Source: Pirellulales bacterium (GTDB lineage Bacteria; Planctomycetota; Planctomycetia; Pirellulales; PALSA-1355). From it: DNA of 64,000 bases. The stretch covers positions 640,001 to 704,000 of the forward strand of contig CAVTBU010000007.1 of NCBI GenBank assembly GCA_963733035.1, written 5' to 3'. Both the position numbers and the translations under genes were made by a program. Under the pieces are notes generated by a model, which was not told where the DNA came from, did not search any database, and worked only from the letters and a program-made list of their open reading frames with translations. The number at the start of each line of letters is the position of its first letter. Position 1 is the stretch's first letter. Shown here in pieces: positions 51,305 to 60,868 of this stretch.

Positions 51305-52537
51305 TCAGCCGATTAGCCGCGCGGCGGGGTTCTCGATCGCTTGCACGACAGCCTGCAGGAATCGCGCGGCCGGTCCGCCATCGACCAAGCGGTGGTCGAA
51401 CGTCAGACTCAGCGTCAATTGCTCTCGCGGCTCGACCTTGCCGTTGACGCAGGCGGGAACCGATTGGATACGGCCCAAGCCGAGAATTGCACATTGTCGC
51501 CCGTTGATGATTGGCGTGAAGGCGTCGATGCCGTAGGCTCCCAGGTTGCTGATGGTAAACGTGCCTCCCTGCATTTCATCGGCGGACACTTGTCGTGCAA
51601 TTGCGCGAGTGACCAGATCTTTGGAACGGCGTGACAATTCGCGCAGCGACAGCTGATCTGCATTGTGAATCACCGGCACCATCAATCCTGCATCGGTATC
51701 GACGGCGACGCCCAGGTGCACTTCCGCAAACTGCACGCTGCCGGTATCGTCCCAGCGCGCATTGAGCGCGGGAAACTCGACCAACACCAAGGCCGTGAGC
51801 TTGCCGATCAGATCCGTGTAAGTTGGCGCGGGGACATCGGCCGACGTCTGAGAGCGAAACTGCTTGCGCAGGTTGACCAGGTTCGTGGCATCTGCCGTCG
51901 TCGTCAACGTGACCGGAGCAGTCGTTTGCCGGCTTTCGAGCATTCGGGCGGCAATCGTGCGGCGCGTGGCGGAATGCGGGACGAGATTCTCGGTCGCCGC
52001 TGTCGGCTTGCCGTTTGGTTTGGCGGCCGCGACAACGTCGCGTTCGACGACGCGGCCTGATCGGCCGGTTCCCTCCAGCGAGGTCCAGTCGACGCCCAGT
52101 TCTTTCGCCCGACGTCGGGCTCGCGGCGAACTGGGGCCTTGGGTAACTCGCGGCATAAGCGGTTCAGTCGCTGCCGCGGCGACCGCTGCCTGCTGCTTCC
52201 GAGCTTGGCGGCGCGCACTAGGACTGGCGGCTGGCGTCATCGAGCGCTTTGCCGGTGGTTTGGGTTTAGGCGTTACTTCGGCCGGTGATTCGTTTTCAGC
52301 CACGAGCAGTGCGATGACCTGGCCAACCTTCACCGTGTCGCCAGGTTGCGGCCCATCGGGCAGAAACTGCAGGATGCCCTCATCGAAGCTCTCGATCTCC
52401 TGGGCCGCTTTGTCCCCTTCGAGGACGAACAGCAGGTCTCCCTTGTTGACGCGGTCGCCGGCGGCTTTGAGCCACTCGGTAAGAGTGCCCTCTTCCATCG
52501 ACCAGCCCAGCCGCGGTACCGTTACTTCAATGGCCAT
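51305..52537 (-). CDS. Dihydrolipoamide acyltransferase (E2)
   Basis: Lipoyl EGDKA; PSBD SSPRARRRAKELGVD...GTGRSGRV; GGTFTISNLG; DHRLVDG. Confidence 0.93.
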   Translation of the reverse strand: MAIEVTVPRLGWSMEEGTLTEWLKAAGDRVNKGDLLFVLEGDKAAQEIESFDEGILQFLPDGPQPGDTVKVGQVIALLVAENESPAEVTPKPKPPAKRSMTPAASPSARRQARKQQAAVAAAATEPLMPRVTQGPSSPRARRRAKELGVDWTSLEGTGRSGRVVERDVVAAAKPNGKPTAATENLVPHSATRRTIAARMLESRQTTAPVTLTTTADATNLVNLRKQFRSQTSADVPAPTYTDLIGKLTALVLVEFPALNARWDDTGSVQFAEVHLGVAVDTDAGLMVPVIHNADQLSLRELSRRSKDLVTRAIARQVSADEMQGGTFTISNLGAYGIDAFTPIINGRQCAILGLGRIQSVPACVNGKVEPREQLTLSLTFDHRLVDGGPAARFLQAVVQAIENPAARLIG

Positions 52538-52557
52538 CGCATTCGCTCCCGGGCGGC

Positions 52558-54626
52558 TTACTCTTTCAGCAATTCGGTGATGGCCGCTTGAATTTGCTCG
52601 ACGCCGGGTACGACGGCGGCCTCCAGGGTCGGGCTGTACGGTGTCGGCGAAAACGCGCCATTGAGACGCTTGATCGGAGCGTCGAGATCATTGAAGCCAA
52701 GGTCCACCACGCGGGCCGCGATCTCCGCCCCCAGGCCAAACGGAGCGAAAGCTTCATCGACGACGAGCAGTCGGCCCGTCTTGTGGACCGATTGCAGGAT
52801 CGTATCTTCGTCGAGCGGCGATACCGTACGCGGATCAATGACTTCGATGGATAAGCCGCCGCTTTCCATCGCTTGACAAGCGGCCAGTGCTTTGGGAACC
52901 ATTGCTCCCAGAGCGACGATAGTTGCATCGCTTCCCTGTCGCAGAACCGCCGCGCGGCCGAACGGAATCTCGTAGTCTTCCTCAGGCACCGGACCGCTGA
53001 GCGCCAGCAGTTCCCGCGGTTCCAAGAACAACACCGGATCGTGTGAACGGAGGGCATGGGCCAGCAGTCCCTTGGCGTCGTAGGGCGTTGAAGGCACGAC
53101 CACCCGCAGCCCCGGAAAATGGGCGTACATCGGGTAATAGTTACCCGAGTGATGCGTGGCGGCCGAATGGCCGATGCCAATGCAACCGCGAAGCAAAATC
53201 GGCATCGTAATGCGACCGCTTGACATGTACTGGATCTTGGCGATCTGGTTGATGATCTCTCCAACGGCATCGAGGACGAAGTCAGCAAACATGAAGTCCA
53301 CGACCGGCCGCGTGCCGGACATGGCGGCGCCGCCCGCCAGACCGACAAAACCGCGTTCGGCAATCGGCGTATCGCGGAGCCGTTCGGCGCCGTACAGGTC
53401 GAAAAGACCATAGGTTGTCTTGAAGTTGCCGCCTCGTTTTCCGATGCCTTCGCCGAGGACGAAGATCGCCGGATCGCGCTGCATGGCCGATGAAAGCGCC
53501 TCCCACGTGGCTTGCATATAAGTAGCTTCACGCGGGCACGAATCGTGCGCGGGAGCGGCCGGCGGGACGCGCGGAGTCGCGTAGACGTGCGTCGTGGCGG
53601 AATCTGCCGTCGGCCACTGGCTCGCTTCCGCAAAGGCATGGGCTTCGGCCACTTCGACGGCAAGCTCGGCGTCGATGGCATCGAGCACGTCGACGTCGAC
53701 CGTCGCCCCCTGCTCTGCTTGGGGACCAGTTAACTGCCGCCGCAACGCGGCGATCGGGCAGCGCTGCTTCCAGGCATCCACTTCTTCGCGTGTGCGATAG
53801 GTAAAATCGCCCATCCCTTCCGCGTGCGGTCGGGTGCGATATGTACGACACTCAATAAGCGTCGGCCCTTCGCCGGCGCGTGCGCGTCGCACTGCCTCGT
53901 CAGCCACACGGTAAACGGCCGCCACATCGTTGCCGTCGACGGCAATGCCTGGCATGTTGTAGATGACGCCGCGAGACGCGACGTCAGGATTCGCCGCCGA
54001 ATAGGAAAACAGCACCTCGGTCGCCACCTGATTGTTTTCGCAGACGAACAAAACTGGCAGCTTCCAGATCGAGGCCAGATTCAGGCCCTCGTGGAAAGCC
54101 CCGTTGTTCGCGGCGCCATCGCCAAAAAACGCCACGGCCACGCGGTCCGTCTTCAAGAGCTGGAAACTATAGCCCGCCCCTGCCGCCTGCAAAATGCAGG
54201 GGCCGACGATACCGCTGGTACCCATCATGCCGATCTCGGCGCGAACAGGTGCATACTGCCACCTCGGCCTCGCGAGCATCCGGTGTCGCGCCCGTAGAGT
54301 TCGGCGAACAGTTCGCGCGGCGGCAGACCCTTGGCCAAAGCGTGTCCATGCCCGCGGTGCGTACTGAACACGGCGTCGTCGGTGTTGAGATGGGCACAGA
54401 CGCCTGTGGCCACTGCTTCTTCGCCGACGTAGGTATGGCAAGCACCATGTACGAGTCCGCGGCCAAATGATTTGGCCAGTTGCTCCTCAGACAGACGAAT
54501 ACGCTGCATCGTGCGGTAGAGCTCAATCAGCGTTTCGGCAGGCAGTTCGCCGGACGTCTGCGCAACGTGAGTGACGGCTGGGCCATGTGAATGTGCTTTG
54601 CGTGCGTCGGTTGTGGATTGAGACAT
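52558..54626 (-). CDS. Fused E1 alpha/beta ThDP-dependent dehydrogenase, acetoin/pyruvate dehydrogenase-like (indel near 54238)
   Basis: STHRGHGH, GRGGSMH, GDGAANNG...ENN, TYRTRPH; beta part DTPIAE, ATHHS. Confidence 0.92.
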
Positions 54627-54628
54627 GG

Positions 54629-55438
54629 TCACTTTCCGGCGGAATCGAGAGGAGCGCGAATGGTGCCGCCTGCGTTGACGGCCAGGTTGCCGCCGTCCAT
54701 GGGAATCAGGGCGCCAGTGATCCAAGACGACGCATCCGAGGCCAACAGCACGGCCAGGCCGCGAATATCGTCTGGATGTCCGAGCCGGCCGCGAGGGATG
54801 CCCGTGAGCCATTTGTCCTTGAGCGTGGGGTCGGCGGCCATTCTTTTTTCGAGCCCAGGATTCACGACTTGTGCCGGCAGGATGGCGTTCACGCGCACGC
54901 CGCGGCCGGCCCATTCGGTGCTTAGCTCGCGTGTCATCTGAGCGACCGACCCCATCGCCATGCTGTAGGCGATGTGCCCACGCCCGAGAGCGGTGATGCT
55001 GGCCAATGAGCCGATGTTGACAATACTGCCGCGGCCGGCCTTTAGCATTCGCCGGCCTGCTTCCTGGCACATGCAGAACCGTCCGAAGACAAGATTCTGA
55101 AACACCTGTTGCACTTGTTCGAGGGTGATCTCATCGGGTGGGCACAGGAACCCTTCGCCAGCGACATTGCCCAGGAAGTCGATCTGGCCAAATTCGCGAT
55201 CCAGCGTTGCGAACAAACCGACAACCGCGGCCGGTTGCGAGACGTCGCATTGGTTCGCGATCGCGCGACGGCCCATTGATTCGACCTCGGCGGCCGTGCG
55301 TTTGGCGCCGTCAAGGTTCAAGTCGGCAAGTAGCAGGTCGGCGCCCTGTTCGGCGAGCGCAAGGGACATCGCGCGGCCCATCCCACTGGCGGCGCCGGAA
55401 ACGAGCGCCACGCGCCCGGCCAAATCAAACATGGACAT
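54629..55438 (-). CDS. SDR family oxidoreductase with atypical YxxxM motif
   Basis: SGAASGMG, NIGS, AYSMAMG, GVRVNAI, ITG..DGG. Confidence 0.9.
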   Translation of the reverse strand: MSMFDLAGRVALVSGAASGMGRAMSLALAEQGADLLLADLNLDGAKRTAAEVESMGRRAIANQCDVSQPAAVVGLFATLDREFGQIDFLGNVAGEGFLCPPDEITLEQVQQVFQNLVFGRFCMCQEAGRRMLKAGRGSIVNIGSLASITALGRGHIAYSMAMGSVAQMTRELSTEWAGRGVRVNAILPAQVVNPGLEKRMAADPTLKDKWLTGIPRGRLGHPDDIRGLAVLLASDASSWITGALIPMDGGNLAVNAGGTIRAPLDSAGK

Positions 55439-55553
55439 GCGAGAACTCGCTGCGCGCTGATGCTGAAAACGGTTGGCCTACTGAAGCGTACCCACAGCCC
55501 AACCCGTAATAAATGACTTCGGGGGCTGCGCCTTGACGCCACTAGCTTGACGC

Positions 55554-55578
55554 TGCTAGATTGTCTGATAATCTAGCA
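55554..55578. promoter_or_regulatory. FadR/GntR-type operator palindrome between divergent operons
   Basis: TGCTAGATTGTC-T-GATAATCTAGCA (11/12 symmetric) with core TTGTCTGATAA; overlaps a candidate TTGACG-16-TAATCT promoter (55547-55574). Confidence 0.7.
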
Positions 55579-55615
55579 AGGAGTTACCCTGCCTGCAACC
55601 CGCCTGGAATTTTCC

Positions 55616-56302
55616 ATGTTGAAAACTGTCGCTCGCGCCAAAATCCGCGATGTCGTTGCCGCGCAGCTCAAGAGCTACATCGCCCGGGAAAATCTAAGAC
55701 CTGGGGATCGCTTACCGACGGAAACGGAATTGGCCACGCGTTTCGGCGTCAATCGCCTCAGTCTTCGCGAGGCCACCAAGGCCCTCGAATTCCTAGGAAT
55801 CGTCGAGGCCAAGCCCGGCCGCGGTCTGACGGTCGGGCAGATCGACATGCAGCGCGTGACCGACCACCTAGGGTTTCACCCCGCGCTGCACGACGTGGAT
55901 CCGGGTGAACTGATCGACACCCGGATCGTAATTGAAACCGGCGCATTGCCGTTCGCCGCTCGACGGATGCAGCGCGATTCCTCGATTTACGTCCGGCTCG
56001 ATGCAATCAACGCGGAGCTTCGTCAGGCCCGCAGCTTGCAGCGGTTTGTCGAACTGGACATCCGATTTCATCGCGAGTTGATTCAGGCCGGCGGATTGGC
56101 CCCGCTGATGGCATTTAGCGATGTGCTGGTGGTTTTCTTTCGTCGGTTCCGCGAGAGTGTGAAGATGGCGGAATGGCAGGGTGGAATCGATGCCCATCAG
56201 CGGGTGATTGACGCCTTACGCGACGCTGATGTGAAAACGGCCGATTCGCTGTTACGAAGTCATATTGAGGTCCACCGAAAGCGCATGAACGTGGCGAAAT
56301 AG
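55616..56302 (+). CDS. FadR/GntR-family transcriptional regulator
   Basis: LRPGDRLPTETELATRFGVNRLSLREA...G.G; FCD domain DIRFH...H...HI. Confidence 0.93.
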   Translation: MLKTVARAKIRDVVAAQLKSYIARENLRPGDRLPTETELATRFGVNRLSLREATKALEFLGIVEAKPGRGLTVGQIDMQRVTDHLGFHPALHDVDPGELIDTRIVIETGALPFAARRMQRDSSIYVRLDAINAELRQARSLQRFVELDIRFHRELIQAGGLAPLMAFSDVLVVFFRRFRESVKMAEWQGGIDAHQRVIDALRDADVKTADSLLRSHIEVHRKRMNVAK

Positions 56303-56333
56303 CGGCGTCCCGATTTTTAGGCCGGTAGGCGTT

Positions 56334-59300
56334 ATGGATCTCACCAAAGCACGCACGAGTCAGCGACGACGCACCTCGCGGCGACGGGGGTGGATGCTGC
56401 TGTTGCTGGTTGGGGCCTGTTGGTGGACGCTGCCCGAAAGTTGCGCTCGCGCCGAGGTCGATGAAGCCTTCTTTGAGCAACGAATCCGGCCCGTTTTGGC
56501 GGACGTGTGCTTCCGCTGCCACGGCGAGGCAAAAGCTTCGGGCGGGCTGCGGGTTGACTCCCGCGAGGCGCTTTTCCGCGGCGGCGACTCTGGCCCGGCG
56601 ATCGTTCCGGGCAAGCCGGACGAGAGCCTGCTGGTACGTGCAATTCGACACGCCGACGATGTGTCAGCCATGCCTGTTGATGGCGAATTGGACGACGGGC
56701 AGATCGAGGCCATGGTTGCCTGGGTTTCCGACGGCGCGCCTTGGCCGGCGAAAACGGCACGCTTCGAAAGTGCCCGGCATTGGGCTTTCGAGCCAGTGCA
56801 AACAGTACCGGTGCCGACCGTTGCGGATCGGGCTTGGGTGAGAACGAGTGTGGACGCCTTCATTCGGGCGCAACAGGAATCGGCCGGATTGAACCCTGGC
56901 CCGGCGGCCGACCGGCGAGCGCTCATTCGCCGCGCAACTTTTGACTTGACGGGGCTGCCCCCGACTCCGGAAGAGGTGGCTGCGTTCGAAGCCGACGCTT
57001 CACCCACGGCCTTCGACAAAGTCGTTGAGCGACTCTTGCATTCGCCCCACTACGGCGAACAGTGGGGGCGTCACTGGCTCGACGTGGTGCGCTACGCCGA
57101 CACGGCGGGCGAAAACACGGATCACCCGCTGCCGCATGCCTGGCGATATCGAAATTGGGTCCTCAATGCGTTCAATGCCAACTTGCCATACGACGCATTC
57201 ATTCGCCAGCAAATTGCCGGTGACTTACTGGCGGCGAACGGACCGGCCGAACAATATGCGGATCGCGTCGTCGCCACGGGGTATTTAGCAATTGCTCGTC
57301 GGTTTGGACACGACATCGACCAAGACATTCACCTGACGATCGAAGACACGATCGACACGATGTGTAAGTCGGTGTTGGGGCTGACGGTTGCGTGCGCTCG
57401 TTGCCACGATCACAAGTTCGACCCTCTGACCCGGGCCGACTATTACGGATTGTACGGCATTCTGGCCAGCACGAAGTTTGCCTTTCCTGGTTGCGAACCG
57501 AAGCAACAACCGCGGGATCTGGTTCCGCTTGTCTCCGCTGCGGAATATGCGGAAAGGTTCAAGCCACTGGAAGACCAAATGGCCGCGCTTGATGCCGAGG
57601 TTGCGCGACTGACGGCTGCTCAGCCCGAGCGCGCCGCGCATTGCAGCAGGCCGCACGTCGGCAAGCAGTCGTCCTTTCGGCAGGCGACCTGGCAGATGCG
57701 ACCGCGACCGAACTTTCGGTTGGGGCCAAGGTACCGCTCGACCAAATCACCGTCCATCGTGGCGATGTCTTGCAATTGGCGATCGGCCCGCGTGGCAATC
57801 ATGGTGCCGATTCAACGCAAGTGGAACTTGGCATCGAGGAAGTTGGCGCGGGAGGCCGGCGCTGGAGTTCGAACGACCTGGTGAGCGGCTTTGCCGAAGG
57901 GCGTCCACACGCTGACGCGTACGGTAACGACGTGGCCTGGTGTTTTCTGGACACGCGCGATGGTTTTGCCCTGCTTTCCGAGAACCTCGACATGGTCGAT
58001 GGGCGGAGCGAACTCAAGGCATGCCGCGCAGGCGACACCCCCTCGGTGTTGGTTAATACGTCCGAGTACGCAGTCGACGTTTGGACCCGTCTGCCGGCCA
58101 GGTCGTTCTTCATGCACCCTGGGCCCGAAGGTCCAGTCGCCCTGGCGTGGCTGTGTCCGTTGGACGGCACGGTTCGCGTCTCGGGGCGCATTGCCGATGC
58201 GCATCCCGGTGGCGACGGCGTGTCGTGGACACTGGAACATTTTGCATCGAACTTGGAGGGGAGCGGTCTGGCGGCGCAATATGTTGCCGCCGAGCAAAGC
58301 ATTGAAAGTGTGCAAGCGGCGATGGCGCGGAAGCGCGAGCTGGCCGGACAAGTCGTCGTTCCTGTGGGATACGCGGTTAGCGAGGGGGAGGCCCACGACG
58401 CGCGCATTCAAAAACGTGGCGATCCGGCCGACCTGGGGGGCGAGGTGCCGAGAAAGTTCCTGGATGTACTCGGCGGACAGCATGTGCAAAACACGGAGTC
58501 GAGCGGCCGGCTTGAACTCGCCAACTGGCTGACGCAGCCCGATAACCCCCTCACTGCCCGGGTATTCTCGAATCGCGTATGGCAGTGGCATTTCGGACGC
58601 GGCCTGGTGTCGACGCCAAACGACTTCGGTACGCGAGGTAGTCCTCCGACGCATCCCGAACTGCTTGACCATCTGGCAGCGGAATTCATCTCGAGCGGTT
58701 GGGATATTCGCGCGCTGCACCGGCTCATCATGCTCAGCGCGACCTACCAGCTGGCTTCACCGCAAACGGAGACTGCGTCGACCGCCACTTCTCCGGATGC
58801 GTATACGACGTTTGCTCGCCGACGCCTGACCGCCGAGGAGTTACGCGATGCCTTGCTTGTCGCTAGCGGCGAGCTCGACCTAGCGCCCGGTGGTGCACAT
58901 CCGTTTCCGCCGGAGTCCTCCTGGTCGTTCACGCAGCATAGTCCGTTTGCCGCTGAATACGAGACCTTCGGTCGGTCGGTCTACGTGATGCAAAAGCGAA
59001 ATCGCCGGGGCCGTTTCTACCAGCTGTTTGACGGGGCCGATCCGAACGCCAGCACGCCACGTCGTGACATCACGACCGTGCCGACCCAAGCCTTGTATTT
59101 TCTCAACGATCCGTTCGTACACGAACGTGCCGCGCGATTCGTTGAATTGCTCTTTAGTTGCCCTGGTGACGAGTCCGAACGATTGGATCTGGCCTACTGG
59201 CGATTGTTTGGCCGAAGTCCCAGTGAGGCGGAAACGAACGAAGCCGTTGCTTTCTTGAAAGACTACGCGTCCGGACTTTCCGCTGCGGACGCATCGCATC

Positions 59301-59371
59301 GTCAACAGCAGAGTTGGGCTGCCTTTGCCCGCGTGTTGATGAGCAGCAACGAATTCCTGTATGTAGATTGA
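56334..59371 (+). CDS. Planctomycete cytochrome c + DUF1549 + DUF1553 protein (indel near 57635)
   Basis: FFEQRIRPVL..CFRCHG; HWAF; LIRRATFDLTGLPPT; YGEQWGRHWLDVVRY; CARCHDHKFDP; NPLTARV..NRVWQWHFG; SNEFLYVD. Confidence 0.9.
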
Positions 59372-59397
59372 GGTGGGCAGTCGATTGCCAGGCAGCC

Positions 59398-60810
59398 ATG
59401 AAACCAAACGTTCTTCCAACGCGACGCAACTTCGTGCAGTCTGCCGTGGCGGGCTCGATGTTGATGCCCGGGATCTTGCATCGGCTGTTGGCCGAAGACG
59501 CGGCGCGAGCCGGCACCGTGGATCCGCTCGCACCCAGGCCGTCGCACTTTCCGGCAGCTGCCAAACACGTGATCTTTCTGTTCATGACGGGCGGAGTTTC
59601 GCACGTCGATTCGTTCGATCACAAACCGCGGCTGTTTACGGACGTTGGAAAAGAGGTCAAGCTCGATCACCCGGAGATTCGAAATCGCCCCGGCTATGAG
59701 CGAATCTTTCTCAAGCGGCCGCAATGGGACTTCCACAAGCACGGCGCGTGTGGCACGGAAGTCAGCACGCTGTTTCCGCACCTTGCCGAGTGCGTAGACG
59801 ATATTGCCGTGATCCGGTCGCTACATACCGACCACTCGAACCACTACAACGCCACGCTGGGCATGCACACGGGTTCGTTTGCCGCGGCGCGCCCCAGCAT
59901 CGGATCGTGGGTGAGCTATGGTCTTGGAACCGAGAATCACAACCTGCCGTCGTTCATGACCATCGCGCCGGCTCAAACCTACGCAGGTACGCAGGTCTAC
60001 GCAAGCGACTTCCTCCCCGGAGCCCATCAAGGAACCTTGGTGGTTCCCGGCGATGAACCGATCGCCAACGTTCGGCCGCAAGTCACGCGCGATTCGCAAC
60101 AACTCGAGTTGGCGGCGCTGGAACGCATGAACGGCCGGCATTTGGCGACTCGGGCGGCCGATCCGCAGTTGACGGCTCGCATCAAAACGTTCGAAACGGC
60201 ATTTGGAATGCAAACCGCCGTGCCGGAGTGCTTCGACCTGTCTCGCGAGTCCGGTGAGACATTGGCCATGTACGGACTCGAGCCGGGTAGCACGAGCGGG
60301 TTTGCCTGGCAATGCATGATGGCCCGGCGATTGGTCGAGCGCGGTGTGCGATTCGTCGAATTGATCGACACCGGCTCATCTGGGAATTGGGATTCCCATG
60401 GCGACATGATGGACCATGGCCGATTGGCGAAAAATGTCGACCAGCCAATTGCGGCACTCCTAAAGGACCTCAAACAACGTGGCCTGTTTGACGAGACGCT
60501 GGTGGTCTGGACGACCGAGTTCGGCCGCACGCCGTTCAACAACCAGGCCGACGCCAAGGGTCGCGAGCACCATAACTGGGCGTTCAGTTCCTGGCTGGCT
60601 GGAGCCGGCGTGCGCCGCGGAGTCGTGCATGGCGAAACGGACGAGTACGGCATTCGCGTCGCGCGCGATCCGGTGCATGTGCACGATTTTCATGCCACGA
60701 TTCTGCACCTGATGGGCCTCGATCACACGAGGCTTACTTATCGTCACAGCGGCCGCGATTTTCGCTTGACCGACGTGCACGGCAATGTCGTCCACGATAT
60801 TCTGATATAA
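59398..60810 (+). CDS. DUF1501 protein with Tat signal
   Basis: TRRNFV; AKHVIFLFMTGGVSHVDSFD; ARRLVERGVRFV; WDSH; EFGRTP; GREH; HDFHATILHLMG. Confidence 0.93.
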   Translation: MKPNVLPTRRNFVQSAVAGSMLMPGILHRLLAEDAARAGTVDPLAPRPSHFPAAAKHVIFLFMTGGVSHVDSFDHKPRLFTDVGKEVKLDHPEIRNRPGYERIFLKRPQWDFHKHGACGTEVSTLFPHLAECVDDIAVIRSLHTDHSNHYNATLGMHTGSFAAARPSIGSWVSYGLGTENHNLPSFMTIAPAQTYAGTQVYASDFLPGAHQGTLVVPGDEPIANVRPQVTRDSQQLELAALERMNGRHLATRAADPQLTARIKTFETAFGMQTAVPECFDLSRESGETLAMYGLEPGSTSGFAWQCMMARRLVERGVRFVELIDTGSSGNWDSHGDMMDHGRLAKNVDQPIAALLKDLKQRGLFDETLVVWTTEFGRTPFNNQADAKGREHHNWAFSSWLAGAGVRRGVVHGETDEYGIRVARDPVHVHDFHATILHLMGLDHTRLTYRHSGRDFRLTDVHGNVVHDILI

Positions 60811-60868
60811 GCCCTCCGATTGCATCCTGCCCCGCCAACCTACCTACAGTAAGCAGCGAGATTTTCCG

